64,000 nt of DNA, taken from positions 32,001 through 96,000 of IMG/VR virus record IMGVR_UViG_3300032213_003338; one strand, 5' to 3'. Shown here in pieces: positions 28,472 to 37,175 of the stretch. Below the pieces are notes generated by a model. That model was not told the DNA's origin. It was given only the letters and a program-made list of their open reading frames with translations, and made no database searches. This stretch comes from a virus. Positions within the stretch are counted from its first letter, which is position 1; the number at the start of each line of letters is the position of its first letter. The position numbers were made by a program, and so were the translations under genes.

Positions 28472-28855
28472 ATGTCAAACATTAAAAATTTACTATCGAA
28501 ACTACAAAAGGCTGTTGGCCAAGACGAAATGGGTATGACTCAGATGCAAATGATGATGCAGCAGCCAGAGATGGGTGGTGGTATGCAATCAGCTCCTGCC
28601 GAAATGCCCGAAATGCCAGAGATGCAAATGATGAGCGAAGAAGAGCCAGAAATGGAAGAAATGGATACCTCTGAGGTTGATGAAGAGACCAAAGAAATGT
28701 TTATGAGCGACATCAATGCTCTTATCGCAAACGCTGGCGATATTGCTAATCACGTTTCTCAAGGCAAAGAAATTGAAGCTTGGATGCTTGGCAAAATAAC
28801 ATTAGCCGCAGATTATATCTCTGCAGTTCGTGATAATTTTGTTGGTGATAAATAA
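28472..28855 (+). CDS. putative internal head protein (EAWMLGKITLAADYI motif)
   Basis: Met/Glu low-complexity region plus C-terminal motif seen in large-phage head proteins. Confidence 0.55.
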   Translation: MSNIKNLLSKLQKAVGQDEMGMTQMQMMMQQPEMGGGMQSAPAEMPEMPEMQMMSEEEPEMEEMDTSEVDEETKEMFMSDINALIANAGDIANHVSQGKEIEAWMLGKITLAADYISAVRDNFVGDK

Positions 28856-28880
28856 ATAAATAAAACAACGTAAAAGTAAG

Positions 28881-28903
28881 AACCGGCAGCAATGCCGGTT
28901 TTT
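28881..28903 (+). terminator. rho-independent terminator
   Basis: AACCGGCA-GCAA-TGCCGGTT followed by TTT. Confidence 0.8.
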
Positions 28904-28916
28904 GCTATACTTAAAT

Positions 28917-29813
28917 GTGATAGCAAATATTTATACAATTATAAGCCCTCTATGCGACGATTACTATTTAAGCGGTGGCCATACCACTGGCAGAGATCTT
29001 ATTAATGCCTTGAAAGAGGCCGGGTATTTTGTAAATGTTATAACACCAAATGATCCTTTTCAGACACCAGACAGCGCAGATCTTTGTGTGTTTTTTGATT
29101 TATTCAATGATCCAGGCGGATCAAAATGGTTTGGCCCTGGCGAGCAAAGACAGTTTTTAAATACTAAAAAACCAACTGTTGTTTTTGAATGCGCGTATAC
29201 TGGAGCAACCCCAGAAGAATACGGCGGCTGGATGATACAGCCAGATGTTAGATACCAACCAAACGCAATAAAGACATTTATGGCTGGGTTGATGACAAAC
29301 AGCTTTGTTAATATATTTTTAAGCCCACTTCATTATAACGAGTGGTGCAAGTTTATTGGTAATCAAATCCCAAACCCGTTTTGCTATTTTCAAAAAATAG
29401 ACTCTGGTATATTCAATAACAAAGGATACGAAAGACCAATTAACGTTCTATATGTCGGGGCAATAACAGAAGCCAAGGGTGTTGTTGAAGCCCAGTATAT
29501 GTTTGGAAACAACATAAAGTTTATTGGGCGAGGAAATCTAGATCTCATAGATCAACAAAACTATTTAGGAACTGGAACTCCGCAAGAAATAGCAGAAGTT
29601 ATGAATAAGGCTACGTTCTTTATACACACACCAAACTGGAAAGAGGCGTCAGCAAGAACAGTTGTAGAAGCGGCGATGTGCGGATGTAAACTGATTGTAA
29701 ATGAAAACGTTGGGGCTTGCTCGTTTGGTATTACTGATTTGTCAAACCCCTATTACGGGCAAAAATCATTTAATGATTTGGTTAGTGCAATAAAATCAAT
29801 CAAGGGATCATAA
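28917..29813 (+). CDS. GT-B glycosyltransferase
   Basis: LYVGAITEAKG, EASARTVVEAAMCGC; GTG start 5 nt after TATACT. Confidence 0.8.
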   Translation: MIANIYTIISPLCDDYYLSGGHTTGRDLINALKEAGYFVNVITPNDPFQTPDSADLCVFFDLFNDPGGSKWFGPGEQRQFLNTKKPTVVFECAYTGATPEEYGGWMIQPDVRYQPNAIKTFMAGLMTNSFVNIFLSPLHYNEWCKFIGNQIPNPFCYFQKIDSGIFNNKGYERPINVLYVGAITEAKGVVEAQYMFGNNIKFIGRGNLDLIDQQNYLGTGTPQEIAEVMNKATFFIHTPNWKEASARTVVEAAMCGCKLIVNENVGACSFGITDLSNPYYGQKSFNDLVSAIKSIKGS

Positions 29814-29814
29814 A

Positions 29815-31020
29815 TTGACTTCTGAATTAATAAAAAACATTGTTCAAGAATCTTCTTTAATCATTGACATTGGCGCAAATGTTGGTCAAACTTTTCTTGA
29901 GTATAAGTCTATAAACCCAAACGCTATTGTGGCTTCAATAGAAGCTAATCCACAATGTGAGGAAGCTTTAAAACAATCAGGAGCAAATTATAAAATTATT
30001 GCTTTAGGTGAAAAGGCGGCAGATAATAAAGATTTTTATATAAACAAGAATGAGCCAACATGCCAAGGAGCCTCTTTCTTTAAAGAAAACACGGCTCACT
30101 ATGATGAAGGTAATTTTAATACGATTAAAGTGCCTACCATCACATTAGATGAGTTGACAGGATTCCAGACTTTTGATTTTATAAAGATTGATACGCAAGG
30201 CTCTGAGATGTCAATTATTAACGGAGGGGTTAATACTCTCGCAAGAACAAAGTGGCTTTTAATTGAACTGCCTGTGTTGGAATACAATGCTGGAGCCGCC
30301 TCGTCTGAAGATATTATTAATAGACTTTATGAGATTGGTTTTACCCCAAAACAAATAATTAAAGATAATAAATTTGGAGATACAGTTGTGCAGCAAGATG
30401 TATTGTTTATAAACACTAAATATGATCAAGATATCTTAGGCAGTGATTCTCCTCGAAAAACGCTTGGTGTAAAATATGATTTATTGTTATGGGCTTATGA
30501 AAAAATAAAGCCTCAATACTTTGTTGAAGTTGGCACATATAAATGCCAAACCTCTATTGGTTTATTTAAAACACATCTTCCTAACAAGGCTTATTTGCTT
30601 GATCTTTTTGAAAAAGCCCCACCTGAAGAACTACCACCTAACGACTTACCAATTACATCAGATCAAGCAGTGGGGCTGATACAAGAAAATTTTGGCGACG
30701 ATTTTGATTGTGGGGTTGTGGTTGGTAATTCAATTGATACACTGCCCGTTGTTGTGGATGCGATAAACTCATTTGATGCTGGTTCAACATTTATTTTCGT
30801 GGATGGCGGACATAGTTACGACACCACCCTTGCTGATCTAATGAATGTTAATTTAATAAAACATGAGCTATATGTGGCTATTGATGACGCAAACTTTTCT
30901 GGGGTTGCTCCTGCTATAGACGGATTTATTAATGCTGTTCGTAATCGAAACCCACAGCTTGTAGCGCATAGACCCAATTTAGTTATTTTTAAATTAGACC
31001 CACATGAACATAACGCTTAA
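29815..31020 (+). CDS. FkbM-family methyltransferase fused to a second class I SAM methyltransferase
   Basis: IDIGANVG, IKIDTQGSE; second domain VEVGT...FVDGGHSY...IDD. Confidence 0.85.
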   Translation: MTSELIKNIVQESSLIIDIGANVGQTFLEYKSINPNAIVASIEANPQCEEALKQSGANYKIIALGEKAADNKDFYINKNEPTCQGASFFKENTAHYDEGNFNTIKVPTITLDELTGFQTFDFIKIDTQGSEMSIINGGVNTLARTKWLLIELPVLEYNAGAASSEDIINRLYEIGFTPKQIIKDNKFGDTVVQQDVLFINTKYDQDILGSDSPRKTLGVKYDLLLWAYEKIKPQYFVEVGTYKCQTSIGLFKTHLPNKAYLLDLFEKAPPEELPPNDLPITSDQAVGLIQENFGDDFDCGVVVGNSIDTLPVVVDAINSFDAGSTFIFVDGGHSYDTTLADLMNVNLIKHELYVAIDDANFSGVAPAIDGFINAVRNRNPQLVAHRPNLVIFKLDPHEHNA

Positions 31021-31504
31021 CGTTTCTGAAATTAAAATATGTGAATGGATAGCAAAAAACAGATACGCCTCCAATAGAAACGGGGGCGTTTCTGATAAAA
31101 AGATCGGTCCTCAGTCGTGTGAAGAAACGGATCTAGAGGGAATATGTGGAGAGTTTGCTTTTTGCAAAGCTCTTAATTTATATCCAGATATGTCCATAAG
31201 TCCAAGAAAAGGCTCACATGATGTATTTGCCTTTGGTAAAACAATAGACGTTAAAACAACAAAATACAAAACCGGTAAGCTGCTAGCTAGACAGTCAAAG
31301 AACGAAGCCCCTTCTGAGATTTACGTTTTAATTGTTGGTCAGTGTCCTTCATATAAAATAGCTGGATGGTGTAGTGGATCAGATCTTATTAAAGACAGCA
31401 ATCTTTTAGATCTTGGTTACGGAAAAACATACGGACTTGAGCAGTCTGCGCTCAAGCCCGTAGAAAAGATTAAGGCGTCTTTTTTATCTAACCTTAAGAA
31501 TTGA
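31004..31504 (+). CDS. PD-(D/E)XK-like hypothetical protein
   Basis: G..GE.AF...D...IDVKTT. Confidence 0.55.
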   Translation: MNITLNVSEIKICEWIAKNRYASNRNGGVSDKKIGPQSCEETDLEGICGEFAFCKALNLYPDMSISPRKGSHDVFAFGKTIDVKTTKYKTGKLLARQSKNEAPSEIYVLIVGQCPSYKIAGWCSGSDLIKDSNLLDLGYGKTYGLEQSALKPVEKIKASFLSNLKN

Positions 31505-32248
31505 CATTACTGTATCCATTATTTGCTTTTCGGTTGTTATTTTATCTTGGGCCATTTTAAGATTTGCAGCTAACGCGCAGTTGTCTCCACCAAGTTCAGC
31601 ACATGTTTTACCAGCGTGGAAAATACCCCCCACGCATTCTGCTGGTGCACCTACTTCACTACACCTAAAGCCGCCAAAGTCACCATCAGGACTACAGCAA
31701 GCGCCAGTCTGAGCAACTAAAAACATGCACTTAACTGCGTAAAGCCGACGAATAATATCAACCATTTCATTAATATCTGCATTACTAGGACAATTTACTA
31801 GATTATTATTTTCGTCCCTTCCGCAATGATATGATCTTATCATACGTTCAACGAAACCATTAGGACCAAATACGGAACCCCATGTTGAAGGGTCGTCAGG
31901 ATTAAATTCTGGGTGCTGCCTTTGCCAAGTCAAAGGCTGATCTCTGGTCGTTACAATTTGTTTTGACCCCTCGTCTTCATTGATGTATAACGCCTCGCAC
32001 CGGCCATCTTCGGGCCTATTTCTACAATACATCCAAGGTATTATATCTCGGTAAATTTCTCTTACACTCCCGTGGCCGACAACGACACCAAGGTCATATT
32101 TTGCTGGATATGTTACTCCACAAAGAGTACTCATGGCTCCAATCGGCGCTTCTTTTTCAGCACCTGGTTTTTCTAAACGCGTTGGCGGTGGCGGAACTGC
32201 TTGTTTTACAGCCACTAATTTAATAATGTCTTCTATTGATCTTTTCAT
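31484..32248 (-). CDS. Cys-rich GACC-domain paralog 5
   Basis: conserved leader, HPEFNPDDP.TWGS, GACC...GDFGGF.C. Confidence 0.85.
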   Translation of the reverse strand: MKRSIEDIIKLVAVKQAVPPPPTRLEKPGAEKEAPIGAMSTLCGVTYPAKYDLGVVVGHGSVREIYRDIIPWMYCRNRPEDGRCEALYINEDEGSKQIVTTRDQPLTWQRQHPEFNPDDPSTWGSVFGPNGFVERMIRSYHCGRDENNNLVNCPSNADINEMVDIIRRLYAVKCMFLVAQTGACCSPDGDFGGFRCSEVGAPAECVGGIFHAGKTCAELGGDNCALAANLKMAQDKITTEKQIMDTVMSILKVR

Positions 32249-32249
32249 T

Positions 32250-33017
32250 TTATTTTCTTTTAAGTAAAGACATCACCATGTCCATTGCTTCTTTTGTCTT
32301 TTTTGTTTGGTCGTTTTGTTGGATGGGATTTCGTGCTAAGCCACAATTGTCGCCACCGATATCTCCACAGCTTTTTCCAGGATAAAAATTTCCATCACAT
32401 TCAGCACCAGTGGTTGGAACACATGTAAAGCCACCAAAATCTCCAGCTACTTTGCAGCAAGCTCCAGTTTGGGCAACAGCAAAAGAACACCTAGCAATGT
32501 AAAGTTGACGAATAATTTCAATCTGTGCGTCTATGTCCGCTTGAGTAACACCAGGTCTTAACGGACCAGTTCCATATTCGCCGTCTTCACCCGCGTAGGC
32601 AAGGAAATATCTTAACTCTCTGTCAACAAACGCACCAGGCCCAAATAAAGAACCCCAGGTTGCAGGATCGTCTGGATTAAAATCTGGGTGCATCCTTTGC
32701 CAAGAAAGTGGTTTATCTCTATCCGTTACCCATTGGTCTGCTGGCATTGAGCCATCACCAGCAGGCGGGCCAAGGGATAATTGATTACATCCGCCACCAG
32801 GAATAGGATGAGGTCGGCAATACATCCAGTCTACCATGGTAGCGTATGTTTGTTGCACTAAGGAAAGATATCTTAGCGGAATTGTTACTCCGCAAAGCGT
32901 AGTTGTTGAACCACCACCCGTTAAACTTTCTTCGGTAGACTCTGGTCTTTTTAAGACTGTTGGTATTGGTTGTTTTAAAGCGATTAATTTAATAGTATCT
33001 TCTATTGATCTTTTCAT
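32250..33017 (-). CDS. Cys-rich GACC-domain paralog 4
   Basis: same motifs as paralog 5. Confidence 0.85.
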   Translation of the reverse strand: MKRSIEDTIKLIALKQPIPTVLKRPESTEESLTGGGSTTTLCGVTIPLRYLSLVQQTYATMVDWMYCRPHPIPGGGCNQLSLGPPAGDGSMPADQWVTDRDKPLSWQRMHPDFNPDDPATWGSLFGPGAFVDRELRYFLAYAGEDGEYGTGPLRPGVTQADIDAQIEIIRQLYIARCSFAVAQTGACCKVAGDFGGFTCVPTTGAECDGNFYPGKSCGDIGGDNCGLARNPIQQNDQTKKTKEAMDMVMSLLKRK

Positions 33018-33018
33018 T

Positions 33019-33807
33019 TTACTTCCGCTTAAGCATGGACATTACCATATCCATTACTTCTTTTTGCTTTTTCATTTGGTTGTTTTTCTGAATTGGATTT
33101 GGTGCTAAACCGCAATTGTTGCCACCGATTTGTTGACAGCTTTGTCCTGGGTAAAAAGCCCCCTGACAGTTAGCTGTTCCAGCAACTTCTGTGCACGCAA
33201 ATCCGCCGAAGTCGCCAACTGGCGTGCAACAAGCTCCGGCTTGAGATACAGCAAAACCACATTTTCGAAGCCACAGCTGCTTGAGTAGGTCAACCATTTC
33301 GTTAATTTGCGCATCGGTAATACCTGGGCACGGTCCAGTTCCGTACACATTGTCCTCACCCATTTGGCAATTAAGGTATCTTACGAATCCTTCAGCTAGA
33401 CCACCTGGACCCCACACAGAACCCCATGTTGCTGGATCTGTTGGATTAAACTCAGGGTGAAGCCTAATCCAAGTTAATGGCTCATCTCTATCGGTAACCT
33501 GGCCAATCCCGACAACAGAACCAAGGGGCGGACCGGCATATACTGGGGTGCACCCGTATTCAAGGCCTAGTGGATTCGGCTGACAGTACATACTAGTAAT
33601 AATCCAATCGTACACCATAGTGATTGTGAAAGGATACGGAATCTGTGCTGGGATACGCACTCCACAGATATCAAAAGTTTCACCAGGGCCACCACCCATA
33701 AGATCTTCATTTACACCTTCAGGCTTTTTTAAAAGCGTTGGGGGTGGTGGTGTTTGTTTTAGTGCCGTTAATCTGATTTTTTCTTCTATTGACTTTTTCA
33801 TACTCAA
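33019..33807 (-). CDS. Cys-rich GACC-domain paralog 3
   Basis: same motifs as paralog 5. Confidence 0.85.
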   Translation of the reverse strand: MSMKKSIEEKIRLTALKQTPPPPTLLKKPEGVNEDLMGGGPGETFDICGVRIPAQIPYPFTITMVYDWIITSMYCQPNPLGLEYGCTPVYAGPPLGSVVGIGQVTDRDEPLTWIRLHPEFNPTDPATWGSVWGPGGLAEGFVRYLNCQMGEDNVYGTGPCPGITDAQINEMVDLLKQLWLRKCGFAVSQAGACCTPVGDFGGFACTEVAGTANCQGAFYPGQSCQQIGGNNCGLAPNPIQKNNQMKKQKEVMDMVMSMLKRK

Positions 33808-34565
33808 CCTTTTATTTTTTTCATTACAGCAGACACAAGATCCATAGCTTTTTTATTTTCTTTTTGCATATTCAATGGGTTTGCCGCCAGAGCACAGTTG
33901 CTACCACCAATTTGTTGGCAGCTTTTTCCAGGGTAAAATGTTCCCTCACACCCAAAACTAGCAGTTTCAGTGCATGCAAACCCACCAAAATCACCAACTG
34001 CTGTGCAGCAGGCACCAGCTTGAGATACAATAAATCCACATTTACGAATATAAAGCTGGCGAACAAGATCAACCATTGCATTTACGTGATCTTGTGGGCA
34101 CGGCGCGCGCGGACCGCGGCCATCTAATGGATCTGCGCAAGCAAACCACCTTACTTGATCTTCAATAACTTCACCAGGCCCAAACAAAGAACCCCATGTT
34201 TGAGGGTCTATAGGATCAAACTCTGGATGTATTCTTTGCCAAAGCAAAGGCAGATCCCTATCCGTTACAGTTACGTCTATAGGCATTGTTCCATCTATAG
34301 GCTCTGCAAGGTATAGTCCACGGCACGCACTAAAATTAGGATTATCACCCATCCTACAATACATAGACTCTACCATAATAGTGTATACTTTAATAACGGT
34401 ATCTGCGTATCCTGATGGTATTGTTATCCCGCAAACCTGATTGTTTGCGCCGCCACCCATTAAACTTTCTTCTGTAGACTCCGGTCTTTTTAATACGGTT
34501 GGCGGTGGCGGAACCGCTTGTTTCAAAGCGATTAGTCTGATCTTATCTTCTATTGATTTGTTCAT
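33804..34565 (-). CDS. Cys-rich GACC-domain paralog 2
   Basis: same motifs; GTGTAT on minus strand at 34577-34582. Confidence 0.85.
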   Translation of the reverse strand: MNKSIEDKIRLIALKQAVPPPPTVLKRPESTEESLMGGGANNQVCGITIPSGYADTVIKVYTIMVESMYCRMGDNPNFSACRGLYLAEPIDGTMPIDVTVTDRDLPLLWQRIHPEFDPIDPQTWGSLFGPGEVIEDQVRWFACADPLDGRGPRAPCPQDHVNAMVDLVRQLYIRKCGFIVSQAGACCTAVGDFGGFACTETASFGCEGTFYPGKSCQQIGGSNCALAANPLNMQKENKKAMDLVSAVMKKIKG

Positions 34566-34574
34566 TATAATACC

Positions 34575-35513
34575 TTATACACCACCCCTTAGGGCTTTTA
34601 TTATCATATCAGTTATCGAAGCCCTTCCAAGCTGCGTGTTTTCTCTTTTCGATGGCGTTATTGTAGTTAATTTTGATTTTCCACAATTATCACCACCTAT
34701 TTGCTGACATGTTTTTCCAGGATAAAAAGTGCCTTGGCACTCTCCTGCGCTACCAACTTCAGCACAAGAGAATCCTCCGAAATTTCCAACCGCAGAACAA
34801 CACGCACCAGATGTGGCCTCTGCTCGTATACCGCATCTAGCATCAAACATCATTTTTGCGAGCTGCAGCCCTCCAGGCGTAAAGAACGGGCTAGATGTAA
34901 TAGAGCGTGAGTACGGGTGAGTACCATCCCAAAACTGCTGCCATATGGCTGGGGTTGTCGGAGCCTGCATGTCAGGCTCTGTTAATCGCGTTGGGCCAAA
35001 TACGTTTACCCAGTTTCCTGGGATCGTCGTATCCCCTGGGTATCGACCAGTAAGATACTCAATAAGCATTCTGTATGTTCTAGGGACCGCCTCAAGCGGA
35101 TTATCTACTGATCCAGCATAATTACTAATCACACCAGCCATTCCAAGGCTTGCAAAAGACGGACATCCAGCTGGAAGCTGTCTTGGTGCCGGCTCGTGTA
35201 CGTCACCAAACCCACCGCCACTAGAGCAATAAAAATTGTAATAATCGTACTGCAAATAAGCGTCTAGGCACTGGCATACCTGTGATGATGAGGCTGAAGT
35301 GCATGTTGGACACAGATCTTTTGCCGTAGCGTCTCTGTACACGTAATTCAAAGGATCTGTTGCAACTTCTATAGGATTTCCGCGCTCGTCCTCGGTTTTA
35401 GTTGTTGGATTTGCTACAGTCTGAAATCGACCCTCTGGCCTGCGGCAATCAGCGGCTGTGGCTTTGTTTGGAACCAAAAGACGTTTTATTTTTTGCTCTA
35501 ATTTGCTATTCAT
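34575..35513 (-). CDS. Cys-rich GACC-domain paralog 1 (divergent N-terminal part)
   Basis: shares C-terminal GACC...FGGFSC...FYPGKTCQQIGGDNC. Confidence 0.85.
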   Translation of the reverse strand: MNSKLEQKIKRLLVPNKATAADCRRPEGRFQTVANPTTKTEDERGNPIEVATDPLNYVYRDATAKDLCPTCTSASSSQVCQCLDAYLQYDYYNFYCSSGGGFGDVHEPAPRQLPAGCPSFASLGMAGVISNYAGSVDNPLEAVPRTYRMLIEYLTGRYPGDTTIPGNWVNVFGPTRLTEPDMQAPTTPAIWQQFWDGTHPYSRSITSSPFFTPGGLQLAKMMFDARCGIRAEATSGACCSAVGNFGGFSCAEVGSAGECQGTFYPGKTCQQIGGDNCGKSKLTTITPSKRENTQLGRASITDMIIKALRGGV

Positions 35514-36112
35514 TTTTTCCCCTTGCTAGAAAGCCTGTGCGTTCCTGGTAGTAGATCTGTGTCAAACGGCTTTCTCTTGAAAGACCCCGTTCTAAGTGCG
35601 TGTAAAAAACCGTTAACCCTTCCGTATCCCCACTGATCTGCGCTTCGTACATTTGGTCTTACGCTTTGCGGATTTGTTTTGTAAGCACCAATGCCCCTTC
35701 TGAAAACAGTAATTAAAGTAGAGACCCGTATTTTATGCTTTCCTTTTTTATTGTAGTCGTCAGCTTTTTTCTTTAGTGTGCTGCGAACAGAATCGCTGAC
35801 GTAGTCTCCACCTTGAGTAAAGTACGATCTTAAAAAAGCATCAAAAGAAACTGGGCCTTCGCACTCTGGAAAATCAATATCCTCCGTGTTTAGGTCTTCA
35901 GCCTTGGACATCTTCTTCTTGTATTTGGAAAGATTGTTGTGCAGGGCTTCACGCGAAGAGCACGGCAGATAATAAGTAGTATCCGCCTTTAATCCAGCCT
36001 GTTTTCCATCTATATTATAAAACTCTTGTGTTCCGCCACAGCCTAGTTTTTTAGCCATGTTTTCTGCGGCCTCACGAGTTGTAAAAATGTAATCTGGTTC
36101 TTTAGTATCCAT
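35510..36112 (-). CDS. putative head-associated protein (DUF3721-like + DUF5824-like segments)
   Basis: A..LGC.G...LPC; VFRRGIGAY...QWGYGRVN.FL; GTGTAT at 36129-36134. Confidence 0.6.
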   Translation of the reverse strand: MDTKEPDYIFTTREAAENMAKKLGCGGTQEFYNIDGKQAGLKADTTYYLPCSSREALHNNLSKYKKKMSKAEDLNTEDIDFPECEGPVSFDAFLRSYFTQGGDYVSDSVRSTLKKKADDYNKKGKHKIRVSTLITVFRRGIGAYKTNPQSVRPNVRSADQWGYGRVNGFLHALRTGSFKRKPFDTDLLPGTHRLSSKGKK

Positions 36113-36128
36113 AACTGTACTTTTATTT

Positions 36129-36146
36129 ATACACCTATACTTAATT
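36129..36146. promoter_or_regulatory. back-to-back promoters: GTGTAT (minus) and TATACT -10 (plus, 5 nt before ATG)
   Basis: compact divergent intergenic region; same arrangement at 60360-60382. Confidence 0.55.
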
Positions 36147-37124
36147 ATGCGGATAGCTTTTATAAACAACTTCTTTAACGCTGGCGGATCGTCTCTGGCT
36201 TCTTTTAATCTAGCGCAGTCATTATCAAAAAATCACGAAATGATGTTCGCTGGTTGTGTTGACGGCCCTTATAGAGAAAAGTTCTCTAAACTTGGACAAA
36301 CGTATTTATACGCAAACAATGGTTTTGAATACGGCCAAACACTTATTGATCAGATTCACGGGTTTTTACCAGATGTTGTTCATATATTTTTGCCCGGATC
36401 TCAGAGCCTGTCTTTTGTTGACGCGCTTCCGAAATGCAAGCTTTTTGCAAGCGTTTTATGTGGTCAGTCTATCGGGTTTGATGCTAGCAAATTTAACAAG
36501 ATTTTTTTCAGCTCTGAGTATCAACGATCACTCAGCCCAAATGTTACCAATTTTGAAATCATTAAATACGGAATATCCTCAGCAGAAGCAGTGTCTCAGC
36601 AAAGAGAAAGTCCTGTATTTGGGCGTGTTTCAAGCTTTTGTCCATCAAAAATGATTCACGATACAATCTATTGTTCTGCGCGTATGCCAAACAATAATTT
36701 TATAATCGGTGGTGAGATTCTTGATAAGCAGTATTTTGACGGTGTTGTTTCTTATCTAAATCACACAGGGGCAAAAAACACTAAAATATTTGCCAATGTT
36801 AACGAAGATCAAAAGCAAGAAATTATTAACTCTTGTGATGTTTACCACTATCCCTCATCCAATGAGGCTTTTTGTTTTTCAATTCTTGAAGCCTTCTCCT
36901 GCGGAAAGCCAGTAATATCCTACAAGAACTCTGCAATACCAGAACTATTTGAAACAGACGAATGGCTGTGTGAGGATTTTGAATCTTTGTTAGCGATGAC
37001 AAAAAAGATGGCTAGTACTTCGGCACAAGATCGTCAAACTATTGGCATGAAGAATTTTAATCTCTACAAGAAGTACGGTGTGGACATTTACGCTCAAAAA
37101 ATCGAACAAGAATACCGTAATTGA
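36147..37124 (+). CDS. GT4-like glycosyltransferase
   Basis: MRIAFI..GG, FGRVS..K, EAFCFSILEAFSCGKPVI. Confidence 0.85.
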   Translation: MRIAFINNFFNAGGSSLASFNLAQSLSKNHEMMFAGCVDGPYREKFSKLGQTYLYANNGFEYGQTLIDQIHGFLPDVVHIFLPGSQSLSFVDALPKCKLFASVLCGQSIGFDASKFNKIFFSSEYQRSLSPNVTNFEIIKYGISSAEAVSQQRESPVFGRVSSFCPSKMIHDTIYCSARMPNNNFIIGGEILDKQYFDGVVSYLNHTGAKNTKIFANVNEDQKQEIINSCDVYHYPSSNEAFCFSILEAFSCGKPVISYKNSAIPELFETDEWLCEDFESLLAMTKKMASTSAQDRQTIGMKNFNLYKKYGVDIYAQKIEQEYRN

Positions 37125-37175
37125 ATCCACAAACCAGGTGTATGCGAATCTACTAATCCTACAATAAAAACCAAC

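Noticed and set aside
31484-35513. GACC paralogs as DGR template/variable repeats or RiPP precursors
   Set aside because: No reverse transcriptase; differences include synonymous changes at all bases and indels; proteins are too long and no RiPP maturases or transporter lie nearby
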